Made by a program: the position numbers and the translations under genes. This document shows positions 19,318 to 28,730 of a DNA stretch of 64,000 nt, in pieces. The stretch comes from an uncultured Chloroflexia bacterium (lineage in GTDB: Bacteria > Chloroflexota > Limnocylindria > Limnocylindrales > CSP1-4): assembly GCA_963705425.1 (NCBI GenBank), contig CAVPJO010000012.1:74361-138360 (forward strand), written 5' to 3'. The notes beneath the pieces were generated by a model. It saw only the letters and a list, made by a program, of their open reading frames with translations, was not told the DNA's origin and did not search any database. The number at the start of each line of letters is the position of its first letter. Within the stretch, counting starts at the first letter, position 1.

Positions 19318-20337
19318 GTGGACGACCTGCTCACGAGCGATGACCTCTTCGAGGCGTCCGGTCGCTACGGCTACCTGCACCCGGGCTATGCCGAGGCCTA
19401 CCTGGAAGCCGGCGAGGTCCGACACCTCCGCCGCAGCGGGGCCTGGATGCTCACCCGCGCCATCCCCGGCAGCGAGCGCAAGGACGCGCTCATCGGCCAC
19501 CCCAAGCTTGTCTGCCGCGACTGGTCTGCCCTGTCGGATGACCTCATCGAGACGGCAGCGCTGGCCGACGTGGTGACCGTCAGCGCGCTGACCGATCCGC
19601 TCGCCCAGGTCAGCGAGCAAGCACTGCGGGAGGCCTTCCCCGATGTGCTGCGCATCCACGCCCAGCACTACGTGGTCGATCTGGCCACCTTCTGGCCAGC
19701 TCGGGCCCACCGCCGGGCCATGCGCCGCGCGATGCAGCTCGTGGACATCGACATCGAGGACTCGGCCGAGGGCCGGCTCGACGACTGGGCTCGCCTCCGG
19801 CACCGGCTCGGCACGACTGGCGAGGGGGCCGCCGCCATCGAGCTCTCGCGTGAGGCCCTCGAGCGCCAGGTCGGCGTGCCCGGTTGCGTCGGCCTCACCG
19901 CGCTGGCCGAGGACGGGCCGGTCGCCTTCGCCATCGTCTACGTCAGCGGTGACGACGCCCATCTACACACCATGGCCAGCAGCGACCGAGGCGAGGAGCT
20001 GGGCGCGCGCTTCGCCTTGATCGGGGCAGCGGTGGAGGACATGGCCGGTCGCGGGCTGCGCTGCCTTGACCTGGGTACCATCCCGACGAGCGCGAACGCC
20101 GACGCGGCGGCGACCGCGGCGGCTGCCGCCTTCATGGACGGCTGGACCGAGCTGCTGCGGCCGTCGTACCTCTGCGGCCGCATCGTCGATCGCCTCGCCT
20201 ACGACGAGCTGGCGGCCGGGGCCGGCACCGTCGGCAGTGCCGCCTTTCCGGCCTACCGCGACCGCGACGCTAGACTCGGCGCGGGTGCGACCCACGAGCC
20301 CGGCCCTGACGAGCCAGACGATGGAGGACGTGCATGA
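19318..20337 (+). CDS. FemAB/CelD-like GNAT-fold acyl- or aminoacyl-transferase (Acetyltransf_6-like), tentative
   Basis: Weak family-level resemblance (ARAHRRAMRRAMQLVDIDIE; HLHTMASSDRGEELGARFALIGAAVEDMAGRGLRCLDLG). GTG start directly follows the sulfotransferase stop. The 3' end overlaps rmlB (ATGA). Confidence 0.4.
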   Translation: MDDLLTSDDLFEASGRYGYLHPGYAEAYLEAGEVRHLRRSGAWMLTRAIPGSERKDALIGHPKLVCRDWSALSDDLIETAALADVVTVSALTDPLAQVSEQALREAFPDVLRIHAQHYVVDLATFWPARAHRRAMRRAMQLVDIDIEDSAEGRLDDWARLRHRLGTTGEGAAAIELSREALERQVGVPGCVGLTALAEDGPVAFAIVYVSGDDAHLHTMASSDRGEELGARFALIGAAVEDMAGRGLRCLDLGTIPTSANADAAATAAAAAFMDGWTELLRPSYLCGRIVDRLAYDELAAGAGTVGSAAFPAYRDRDARLGAGATHEPGPDEPDDGGRA

Positions 20338-21380
20338 GGATCCTGGTCACCGGCGGGGCCGGCTTCATCGGCTCCACCTTCGTGCATCGCCGCCTGGCCG
20401 GTACGGACGACTCGATCATCGTGGTCGACAAGCTCACTTACGCCGGCAACCCGGCCAACCTGACCGGCCTCGCCGACGACGCTGCCACCCGCGAGCGGTA
20501 CCGCTTCGTCCAGGCCGACATCGCCGACGGGCCCCTGATGAAGGAGCTTGCGGCCGAATGCGATGCCATCGTCAACTTCGCCGCCGAATCGCACGTCGAC
20601 CGCTCCATCCTCGAGCCCACCGCGTTCCTGCGTACCGGCGTCATGGGTGTGTATGCCCTGCTCGAGGCTGCCCGCACGCAGTCGGCGGAGCGCGACGGGG
20701 CCTTCCGCCTGCTGCAGGTCTCGACCGACGAGGTCTACGGCCCGGTCGCGGAGGGGCTCTCTGTGGAGACCGATCCCATCCGGCCGACCAGCCCATACAG
20801 TGCGGCCAAGGCCGCCGGCGAGCACCTGGTAGCGGCCTATCACGAGACCTACGGCCTGGACACCGTCATCACCCGTGGGGCCAACACCTACGGGCCCTAC
20901 CAATACCCCGAGAAGCTCATCCCGCTGTTCATCACCAACGCGCTCGACGACGAGCCCCTGCCCATGTATGGCGACGGCATGCAGCGCCGCGACTGGCTGT
21001 TCGCGGCCGACCACGCCGACGGCATCGGCGTGGCGCTCGATGAAGGCGAGCCCGGTACCGCCTACAACGTCTGTGGTGATGGCATCGAGCGGCCCAACCG
21101 GGCCGTGACCGAGGCCATCCTCGAGCACCTCGGCAAGCCCTGGTCGTTGGTGCGCACGGTGCCCGACCGGCCGGGGCACGATCGCCGCTATGCGCTCGAC
21201 GGCTCACGGTTGCGTGGGCTGGGTTGGGAACCGCGCACCTCGTTCGGGGACGGCATCGCACTCACCATCGACTGGTACGCGGCGCGGCGCGATTGGTGGG
21301 AGCCCATCAAGAGCGGCGACTGGCACGACTACTACCGGCAGCAGTACGCCTGGCGCCTCGAGCAGTCGGAGGACGCCTGA
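20334..21380 (+). CDS. rfbB: dTDP-glucose 4,6-dehydratase
   Basis: MRILVTGGAGFIGSTFV, STDEVYG, YSAAKAAGEHL, and C-terminal PGHDRRYALD. GGAGG lies 7 nt upstream of the ATG. Confidence 0.93.
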   Translation: MRILVTGGAGFIGSTFVHRRLAGTDDSIIVVDKLTYAGNPANLTGLADDAATRERYRFVQADIADGPLMKELAAECDAIVNFAAESHVDRSILEPTAFLRTGVMGVYALLEAARTQSAERDGAFRLLQVSTDEVYGPVAEGLSVETDPIRPTSPYSAAKAAGEHLVAAYHETYGLDTVITRGANTYGPYQYPEKLIPLFITNALDDEPLPMYGDGMQRRDWLFAADHADGIGVALDEGEPGTAYNVCGDGIERPNRAVTEAILEHLGKPWSLVRTVPDRPGHDRRYALDGSRLRGLGWEPRTSFGDGIALTIDWYAARRDWWEPIKSGDWHDYYRQQYAWRLEQSEDA

Positions 21381-21506
21381 GCGAGGTCCGCTGTCGCCTC
21401 CGCCAGCCCAGCGGGCACGCCTGACGCGGGCGTGAGGCGCTAGACTGCGGCGGCGTGCCCGAGCGTCGCAGATGCCCTTTCCGAGTGGCGCCCCTCGGAC
21501 GCGCCC

Positions 21507-23331
21507 GTGACACGACCGACACCGGAGAATCGTCCTCGCATGACCTCGCCGAAAGAACCACCGAAGGAGTCACTCCGTGACCGCGTCTCGACCCGTCTTT
21601 CGACGGACAAGAGAGGTCGTGCCATCGATGCCGATGCGCGTCATACGCGCAACGTGTCGTGGATGTTCTACGGGATCATCGTGGTCGTCGTGGTCATCAT
21701 CGTCGGTGGCCTCATCTACGGCTTCTATGAAGCCAATATCAAGCCCCTCGCCAACGTCGATGGCACCGAGGTCGCCCGTGGCGAGTGGCAAGACCGCCAG
21801 AAGCTCGAGCAGTTCCGGGCCGATCGCGCCGAGTCGGTGATCAGCCGGGGCATCGCCGAGGGCAGCATCGACGCCGACCTCGCCAACCGCCGCTTCACGA
21901 ACGCGCAGAACGGGCTCCCGGCCACCAACGCCGAGATCATGGCCGAGCTGGTCGACCTGATCTACGCGAAGCAGCTCGCGGCTGAGGCGGGTGTCGTGCT
22001 CAGCGAGGCCGACCTGGAAGAGGCGCTGGCCGCCGACGGCACGTTCCCCGAGGCGCGCCTGGTCGAGCTGCTGGTCGTGCTCACCCCTGAGCAGGAGGCC
22101 GGAGCCGCAGCCACGGATGCCGGCATCGCCGACGCGCGCGAGCGCGCCACGGCCATCGTCGCCGAGCTGGAGGCGGGCGGCGAATCCCGAGGCGGCCGTC
22201 GAGACCTACGGGCCGGCCAACTACGAGTCCGGGGCCATCACCAAGGACGATGTCAGCGACGCGGCCTGGGCCGCCGAGGTCTTCACCCTCGAAGAAGACG
22301 GCATCAGCTCCGTCATCGAGGCCGACACCGGTGAGCAGCTCATCGGCATCGTGACCACCATCTACCCGGCCGAGGCCGATCCCGGCTTCCTCGAGGCGGT
22401 CAACGATGAGGTCGGTGAGGAGATACACCGCCGCAACGTCGAGCTCGAGGCCACGGCCGCCACGCTCGAGGAACGGATCACCGCGGAGGCGCTGGCGGCC
22501 GAGTACGACCAGGTCAAGCTGGCCGAGATCTTCATCGAGCGCAGCTCCAGCAGCACCGATGACACGGCCGCTGAGGCTCACGTCAGCCACATCCTGTACC
22601 AGCCCGAGACCCCTCTCGACGAGGAGGGCAACCCCACCGCGCTGGACGATCTTCCCGCCGACGATCCGGCGTGGGCCGATGCCCAGCTCGAGGCCGAGCG
22701 GGCCGCCCGACAGCTGGCCGCCGTCGACGACATCGAGGCGCGCATGGACGCATTCGCCCAGCGCGCCCGGCGCGACAGTGACGGTCCCACTGCGCCCCAG
22801 GGCGGCGACCTCGGCTACTTCCCCGAGGGCTTCATGGTCACCGAGTTCAACGACGCCATCTGGGACTCGATGGACGCGCAGCGAGGCGACATCATCGGCC
22901 CGGTACGTACCCCGTTCGGCTGGCACGTCATCCTCTTCGATGAGTTCCGCTCCTCGCTCGACGTCCGAGTCGCCGAGGCGCAGGCGGCCCTGGCCGAAGA
23001 TGGTGCTGATTTCGCGACGGTCGCAGCAGAGCACTCCGACGGTCCGGAGGCCGCTGCCGGTGGCGAGATCGGCTGGCAGCTCGTCGACGAGCTCGATGAT
23101 CTGACGGTGCTGGCGCTGTCCGCCATCGAGATCGGTGAGACCACTGAGCCCTCTGACGAAGGCTTCGGCTACCGCATCTACCAGAAGCAGGACGAGGGCA
23201 CCCGCCCGCTGGAGCCGGCCGACGCCGCCGACGTGGCCGAGACCGCCTACGTCGAGTGGTTCGACGAGCGCTTCTTCGCTGCCGAGGAGGAGGGCCGCAT
23301 CAGCATCGACGACTCCGTCTATGAGCAGTAG
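21507..23331 (+). CDS. Membrane-anchored PpiC/parvulin-type peptidyl-prolyl isomerase (SurA/PrsA-like); frame interrupted near 22180
   Basis: ORF 21507..22334 supplies the TM (YGIIVVVVVIIVGGLIYGF) and a SurA_N-like region up to ...IVAELEAGG. ORF 21991..23331 continues as NPEAAVETYGP... and holds the parvulin core GGDLGYFPEGFMVTEFNDAIW...GPVRTPFGWHVILFDE. Start could be ATG 21540. Confidence 0.75.
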
Positions 23332-23875
23332 CGAAGTGGCCGAGCGCGGCGCCTGCATCTGGTTCACGGGGCTCTCCGGCTCCGGCAAGTCGACCACCGC
23401 GGAGGCGCTGGTGCCGCTGCTGGAGGCGCGTGGCCGCACGGTCACCGTGCTCGACGGCGACGTGGTGCGCACCCACCTCACCAGCGAGCTGGGCTTCTCC
23501 AGGGAGGATCGCGACACCAACGTGCGCCGTGTCGGCTACGTGGCCGCCCAGATCGTGCGCCACGGCGGCCTGGTCGTGGCCGCGCTGGTGAGCCCCTATC
23601 GCGAGACCCGCGCGGAGGTCCGCGAGATGGTCGGCGAGGGCTACATCGAGGTCTTCGTGGACACGCCGCTGACGATCGTCGAGGAGCGCGACGTGAAGGG
23701 CTGGTACGCCAAGGCGCGCAGCGGCGAGGTCGAGGGGTTCACCGGGGTGTCCGATCCCTACGAGCCGCCGCTCGACCCCGAGATCACGCTGCTCACGACC
23801 GAGACCACGCCGGGAGCCAACGCGCAGCTGGTGGTGGAGTACCTGGAGTCGCGCCGCATCCTCGTCCCGGCCTAG
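23321..23875 (+). CDS. cysC: Adenylylsulfate (APS) kinase
   Basis: Frame of ORF 23135..23875. ERGACIWFTGLSGSGKSTTAEAL (P-loop), LDGDVVRTHL, FSREDRDTNVRRVGYVA and SPYRETR. Confidence 0.92.
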   Translation: MSSSEVAERGACIWFTGLSGSGKSTTAEALVPLLEARGRTVTVLDGDVVRTHLTSELGFSREDRDTNVRRVGYVAAQIVRHGGLVVAALVSPYRETRAEVREMVGEGYIEVFVDTPLTIVEERDVKGWYAKARSGEVEGFTGVSDPYEPPLDPEITLLTTETTPGANAQLVVEYLESRRILVPA

Positions 23876-23891
23876 ACTGCGACCGAGCTCA

Positions 23892-25055
23892 GTGTCCACC
23901 CTGCTGACCGACCCCGTGCTCACGTCGCTGCTCGAGCGCGCCGAGGTCGATCCTGCCGAGGGGCTGCAGATCATGGCCCTCGACCGTCTCGTGTCGCGAC
24001 CGTTCGACGCGGGCATGGCACTGCTCGTGCTGCCGCCGGTCGGCGCTGCACCCGACGGCGATGACCCCTACACCATGCTGCCCGGGCGCCACGGCCACGG
24101 CAGGGATGCCGTCTCGCTGCTGCACCGCTTCTATCCTGCCGACCACCCCGTCCTCGGGGCCAGGGCCGACCTGACCGTGGGCACGCTGGGCCCCGAGGAG
24201 CTCGCGGCCGGCCCGCATGTGCTGCCCCCCCTCGACCCCGTCCTCAACCCGGCCGGTGCCTTCGGGCTGGCCTGGCTGGTGCATCGGCTGCGGCAGCCCG
24301 ACGGTTGCCCCTGGGACAGGGAGCAGGACCACCAGACTCTGAAGCCCTTCCTGCTCGAAGAGACGTACGAGGTCTACGACGCCCTCGACGATGGCGCCAC
24401 GCCCGAACTCGCCGAGGAGCTCGGGGACCTGCTCCTGCAGATCGTGCTCCATGCGCAGTACGCCGCCGAGGCTGGTGTCTTCGACCTCTCCGATGTACAG
24501 CGCGGCATCACCACCAAGATCATCAGCCGCCATCCCCACGTCTTCGGCGATGTGCAGGCCGATACGCCCGGCGAGGTGATGCGCAACTGGGAGCAGCTCA
24601 AGGCAGCCGAGCGTGCCGCCAACGGCGCGCGACCCGCGCGCGATGCCGAGATGCCCGAGGCCTTCAAGGGGCTCAGCAAGTCATTGCCGGCCCTGGCCTA
24701 CGCCGACGAGATGCAGGGCCGCGCGGCCAGCCTGGGATACGACTGGCCCGACCTCGAGGGCGTCATCGACAAGATCGCCGAGGAGGCCTCCGAGCTGCTG
24801 GCCGCCGACAACGAGGCCGACCGGCACGAGGAGTACGGCGATCTCCTGTTCGTGCTCGTCAACATGGGACGCAAGCTGGCCATCGACCCCGAAGCCGCGC
24901 TACGGTCTGCCAGCCGGAAGTTCGCTTCGCGCTTCGCACGGGTCGAACGGCTAGCCGACGATCAGGGGGTGCAGCTCAAGGCACTGGGACTCGACGCGCT
25001 CGACGACCTGTGGCAGCTGGCCAAACGAGAAGAGATCGATCGAGAAGGAGGGTCT
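23892..25055 (+). CDS. mazG: MazG-family nucleoside triphosphate pyrophosphohydrolase with an N-terminal extension; no stop codon before rph
   Basis: CPWDREQDHQTLKPFLLEETYEVYDALDDG and EELGDLLLQIVLHAQ, plus a second MazG repeat EEASELL...EYGDLLFVLVNMGRKL. The frame runs straight into rph. Confidence 0.8.
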
Positions 25056-25799
25056 ATGAGCATCGGTGGAGGGCGCTTCCGCGCCGATGGACGGACGCCG
25101 GGCCAGATGCGCCCGGTGTCGATCGAGATGAACGTGCAGAAGTGGGCGGCTGCGTCGCTCATCTACAAGCAGGGTGATACCCACGTGATCTGCTCGGCCA
25201 CCGTCGAGGACCGTGTGCCGCCGCACCTGCGCGGCAAGGGCACCGGCTGGGTCACCGCCGAATACGCCATGCTCCCGGCGGCCACGTCCGAGCGCATGCA
25301 GCGCGAATCGGTGCGCGGCAAGCTGGGCGGCCGCACCTACGAGATCCAGCGGCTCGTGGGCCGCTCGCTGCGCGGCGTCGTCAACACCTCGGTCATGGGC
25401 GAGAAGACGGTGGTCGTCGACTGCGACGTGCTCCAGGCCGACGGCGGCACTCGCTGCGCGTCGATCACCGGCGGCTACATCGCGCTGGTGCTGGCGCTGC
25501 GCAAGGCCAACCTGGAACGCGCCATCGCCGGCAAGATCGCGGCCATCAGCGTGGGCATCGTGGACGACGCGCCGCTGCTCGACCTCGAGTACCGCGAGGA
25601 CTCGGGCGCCGAGGTCGACTTCAACGTCATCGGCACCGACGCCGGCACCTACGTCGAGCTGCAGGGCACCGCCGAGGGCAAGCCCTTCGACCGGACGCAG
25701 ATGGAGGCGCTGCTGAACCTGGCCGACGGTGGCCTCAGGAAGCTCTTCGAGATCCAGGAAGCCGTGCTCGCGGGCGAGGCGGCCAAGGCCGGCGAATGA
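25056..25799 (+). CDS. rph: Ribonuclease PH
   Basis: RADGRTPGQMRPVSIEMNVQKWAAASLIYKQGDTHVICSATVE, GWVTAEYAMLPAAT and GGRTYEIQRLVGRSLR. GAAGGAGGG lies 4 nt upstream of ATG 25056. Same frame as mazG. Confidence 0.9.
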   Translation: MSIGGGRFRADGRTPGQMRPVSIEMNVQKWAAASLIYKQGDTHVICSATVEDRVPPHLRGKGTGWVTAEYAMLPAATSERMQRESVRGKLGGRTYEIQRLVGRSLRGVVNTSVMGEKTVVVDCDVLQADGGTRCASITGGYIALVLALRKANLERAIAGKIAAISVGIVDDAPLLDLEYREDSGAEVDFNVIGTDAGTYVELQGTAEGKPFDRTQMEALLNLADGGLRKLFEIQEAVLAGEAAKAGE

Positions 25800-26411
25800 C
25801 CCGCCGCCTGCTGCTGGCCACGCGCGCTCGTCACAAGGTGGCCGAACTGGAGGAGCTGCTGGACCTCGACGATGTCGTGCTGGTGACGCCCAGACGAGGT
25901 CGGCATCGAGGGCGAGCCCGTCGAGGACGCAGCCACCTTCGAGGGCAACGCCGAGATCAAGGCGCGCTACTACGCCGAGCGTTCGGGCCTGCCCACCCTG
26001 GCCGATGACTCCGGCCTCGAGGTGGACGCGCTCGATGGACGACCGGGCGTGTACACCCGCCGCTACGCCGGCGCTGATCCGACCGACGCGGAGAACAACA
26101 GCAAGCTGTTGAGTGAGCTCGACGGGCTGCCAGCGGAGCAGCGTGGCGCGCGCTACCAGTGCGTGCTGGCCTTCATCGATCCCGGGGTGGGCGCTGATCC
26201 GGTCTTCCGCAGCGGCGCGTTCGAGGGCCGCATCGCGACCGCTCCACGTGGCCACGGAGGCTTCGGCTACGACCCCATCTTCGAGCCCGAGTCAGAGCCG
26301 CCCGGGGCGCGTACAGTCGGGCAGATGAGTGCCGCGGAGAAGCACGCGCTCTCACATCGTGGCAAGGCCACGCGGGCCATGGCCGAATACCTGGAGGGGG
26401 AGGGCTGGTAG
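25796..26411 (+). CDS. rdgB: dITP/XTP pyrophosphatase (RdgB/HAM1 family); frame interrupted near 25892
   Basis: ORF 25796..26008 gives LLLATRARHKVAELEELL. A one-base frame change then gives DEVGIEGEPVEDAATFEGNAEIKARYYAERSGLPTLADDSGLEVDALDGRPGVYTRRYAG, joining ORF 26022..26411 (GFGYDPIFEP, SHRGKA). ATGA overlap with the rph stop. Confidence 0.85.
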
Positions 26412-27348
26412 ATGGGCAAGGCAGGTCGGCCGCGGGTCGTCATCGCCGGCGAGGCGCTCATCGACCTCATCATCGGCCGGGACGGCGCAGTCATCCCGGC
26501 TGCGGGCGGCGGACAGTACAACGCTGCGCGCGCCGTGGCGCGACTCGGTGGCGACGTCCACTTCCTGGGGCGCATCAGCGATGACTGGTTCGGGAATGCT
26601 GCTGCGCTCGAAGCTCGAGGCTGATGGCGTGGGCACCGACCTGGTCGTCGATACGGCCGACCCGACCACGCTCGTGCTGGCCGAGATCGACGCGGCCGGC
26701 GTGGCCCACTACCACTGGTACATCGAGAAGACGACCGTGCCCGGGCTGGACCTCGCTGACGCGCGACGGGGCCTGGCGCCCGCACCCGACGCCCTGCATG
26801 TGGGCACGCTCGGCCTGGCCATGGAGCCCATCGCCGACTCACTCGCGGCCGTGGTCGCGGAGGTGCCCGACGACACCTTGGTGATGGTCGATCCCAACTG
26901 CCGGCCCACGGCCACTCCGGACTTCGAGCGCTATCGGGCACGCATGCGCCGGGTCATCGCGCGCGCCGATGTGGTCAAGGGCAGCGACGAGGACTTCGAG
27001 TACCTGGACCTCGCGCCCACCCCGGAGGCCACCGCGCGCATGCTCGTGGAGGAGGGCGTGGGTGCGGTGCTCGTGACGCAGGGCGGTGACGTCGCTCGCG
27101 GCTACTGCGAGCGTGGCGAGTTCGCCGTGCCCGTGCCGGTGGTCGAGGTGGTCGATACGGTCGGTGCCGGCGACACGTTCGGTGGCGCGTTCCTGGCCTA
27201 CTGGCTGGAGCACGGCTTCGGGCGCGATGAGTTGTGCCGGCGAGATGAGCTGCAGCGCGCCGTCGAGTTCGCCGTCCGCGCCGCGGCCATCAACTGCACG
27301 CGCGCCGGTGCCGAACCACCCACCCGTGCCGAGATGGGCCTGGCCTAG
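26412..27348 (+). CDS. PfkB-family carbohydrate kinase (fructokinase-like); frame interrupted near 26595
   Basis: ORF 26412..26624 (VVIAGEALIDLI...GGGQYNAARAVARLGG..FLGRISDDWFG) continues in the frame of ORF 26329..27348 (MLLRSKLEADGV...DPNCRP...DTVGAGDTFGGAFL). Confidence 0.8.
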
Positions 27349-27448
27349 CATCCAGGCATCACGCGCGGCTGAGGAGGCTCTACGCGCGGCTGAGGTCGCC
27401 GGCCAGATGTCGCGCCTGTGACCACTGACGGTGGTAGCCCCGTTCCTT

Positions 27449-27629
27449 GAGGACAGATGTCGCCCCCGGGGCCGTTAGCCACCTCGGACCGGCCCGCGCG
27501 GCGCAGTGCGCGCCACCATCGGCAGATGCCAAGCGGGGCCGGGCATAAGACCGGGACAGGGACGAGACCCTGGATGACACCCGGTGTCCTGGAGTACGCC
27601 TTACGGCTCCCGGGCCGACATCTGTCCTC
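27449..27629. ncRNA. Candidate structured RNA or MITE-like element: ~181-nt imperfect rod closed by a perfect 14-bp stem
   Basis: GAGGACAGATGTCG (27449-27462) is the exact reverse complement of CGACATCTGTCCTC (27616-27629). Further pairings continue inward: 27464-66 with 27612-14, 27471-78 with 27600-07, and CTCGGAC with GTCC..GAG. Internal hairpins CAGGGacgagaCCCTG and GACACccgGTGTC. Lies in a 344-nt gap with no convincing ORF. Confidence 0.25.
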
Positions 27630-27677
27630 TTGCCTTGCCCCAAGCCCTGCGACCGGGTATGCGCGGGAGCGCGCGCT

Positions 27678-27686
27678 TGCTAGAGT
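27678..27686 (+). promoter_or_regulatory. Extended -10 promoter element (TGcTAGAGT) for an apparently leaderless pip
   Basis: TGC-TAGAGT ends 6 nt before ATG 27693 and no SD is present. The geometry matches actinobacterial leaderless transcripts. Confidence 0.4.
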
Positions 27687-27692
27687 CTGCCC

Positions 27693-28655
27693 ATGGCGAG
27701 TCTCTACCCCGAGCTCGAGGCCGACGCCAGCGGCAGGCTTGACGTCGGTGACGGGCACTCGATGTACTGGGAGACCTGCGGGAACCCGCTCGGCAAGCCT
27801 GCCCTCGTGCTCCATGGAGGCCCGGGCTCGGGCTGCGCGCCGTGGCAGCGACAGCTCTTCGATCCGGGCCGCTACCGCGTCGTGCTCTTCGACCAGCGCA
27901 ACTGCGGTCGGAGCACCCCCCACGCCAGCATCCCGGACGTGGACCTGAGCACCAACACGACCCACCATCTGCTGGCCGACATCGAGCAGCTGCGGGAGAG
28001 CCTGGCCATCGACCGCTGGCTCGTCCTCGGCGGCTCGTGGGGCAGCACGCTCGCCCTGGCCTATGCGGAGGCGCATCCGGTCAGGGTCACGGAGCTCGTG
28101 CTGCACGGCGTGACGGCTGGTCTGCACCGCGAGTTCGAGACCGTCTTTCGGGGTGGCCTCGCCGACCTGTTCCCGGCTCAATGGCGCCGACTGCGCGAAG
28201 CGGTCCTGGCCGACCCCGAGGCTGATGGCGACGTTCTCGAGGCGACCCATCAGCTGCTGTTCGATCCCGATCCCTCGGTCAGGGCGGACGCGGCTTACGA
28301 ATGGTGCCTGTGGGAGTCCGCCACACCCGAGTGGCCGCCGACCTCGCAGCTCCAGACCCGCTTCCGCGACCCAGACTATGCCCTGGCCTTCGCGCGCATC
28401 GTGACGCACTACGCCCGCCACTACGCCTGGCTCGACGACGGCGTCCTTCTCGACGGCTTCATGCGCATCGTGAGCAAGCCCATGATGCTCATCGACGGCC
28501 GGCATGACCCGCAGTCCACGGCCACCGCGGAGGAGCTCAGCCGGCGCTTGCCGCTGGCCACGCACATCGTCGTCGATGACGGGGGCCATTCCGCGGGCAA
28601 CGAGGGCATCGCCACTGAGCTGGTCCGCGTCACTGACCGCTTCGTCGCTCACTAG
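27693..28655 (+). CDS. pip: Prolyl aminopeptidase (proline iminopeptidase, alpha/beta hydrolase S33)
   Basis: GKPALVLHGGPGSG, DQRNCGRS, nucleophile elbow LGGSWGSTLALAYA, and C-terminal GGHSA. Confidence 0.88.
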   Translation: MASLYPELEADASGRLDVGDGHSMYWETCGNPLGKPALVLHGGPGSGCAPWQRQLFDPGRYRVVLFDQRNCGRSTPHASIPDVDLSTNTTHHLLADIEQLRESLAIDRWLVLGGSWGSTLALAYAEAHPVRVTELVLHGVTAGLHREFETVFRGGLADLFPAQWRRLREAVLADPEADGDVLEATHQLLFDPDPSVRADAAYEWCLWESATPEWPPTSQLQTRFRDPDYALAFARIVTHYARHYAWLDDGVLLDGFMRIVSKPMMLIDGRHDPQSTATAEELSRRLPLATHIVVDDGGHSAGNEGIATELVRVTDRFVAH

Positions 28656-28730
28656 AGTCCGCCGCAGGTCTCCGCACCAACCGGCACGCTCAGCTCGGCA
28701 GCGAACCGGACTGCAGGTTGGTGAGCCAGG

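Noticed and set aside
27510-27560. Resemblance of GGCAGATGCcaagcgGGGCCGGGCATAAG to the 3' strand of E. coli 4.5S/SRP RNA (GGCAGAUGAcgcgugUGCCGGGAUGUAG).
   Set aside because: The universally conserved SRP domain IV elements are absent on both strands: the GGAA/GNRA tetraloop and flanking AGGUCC...GGAAGCAGCC. The similarity is therefore treated as coincidence.
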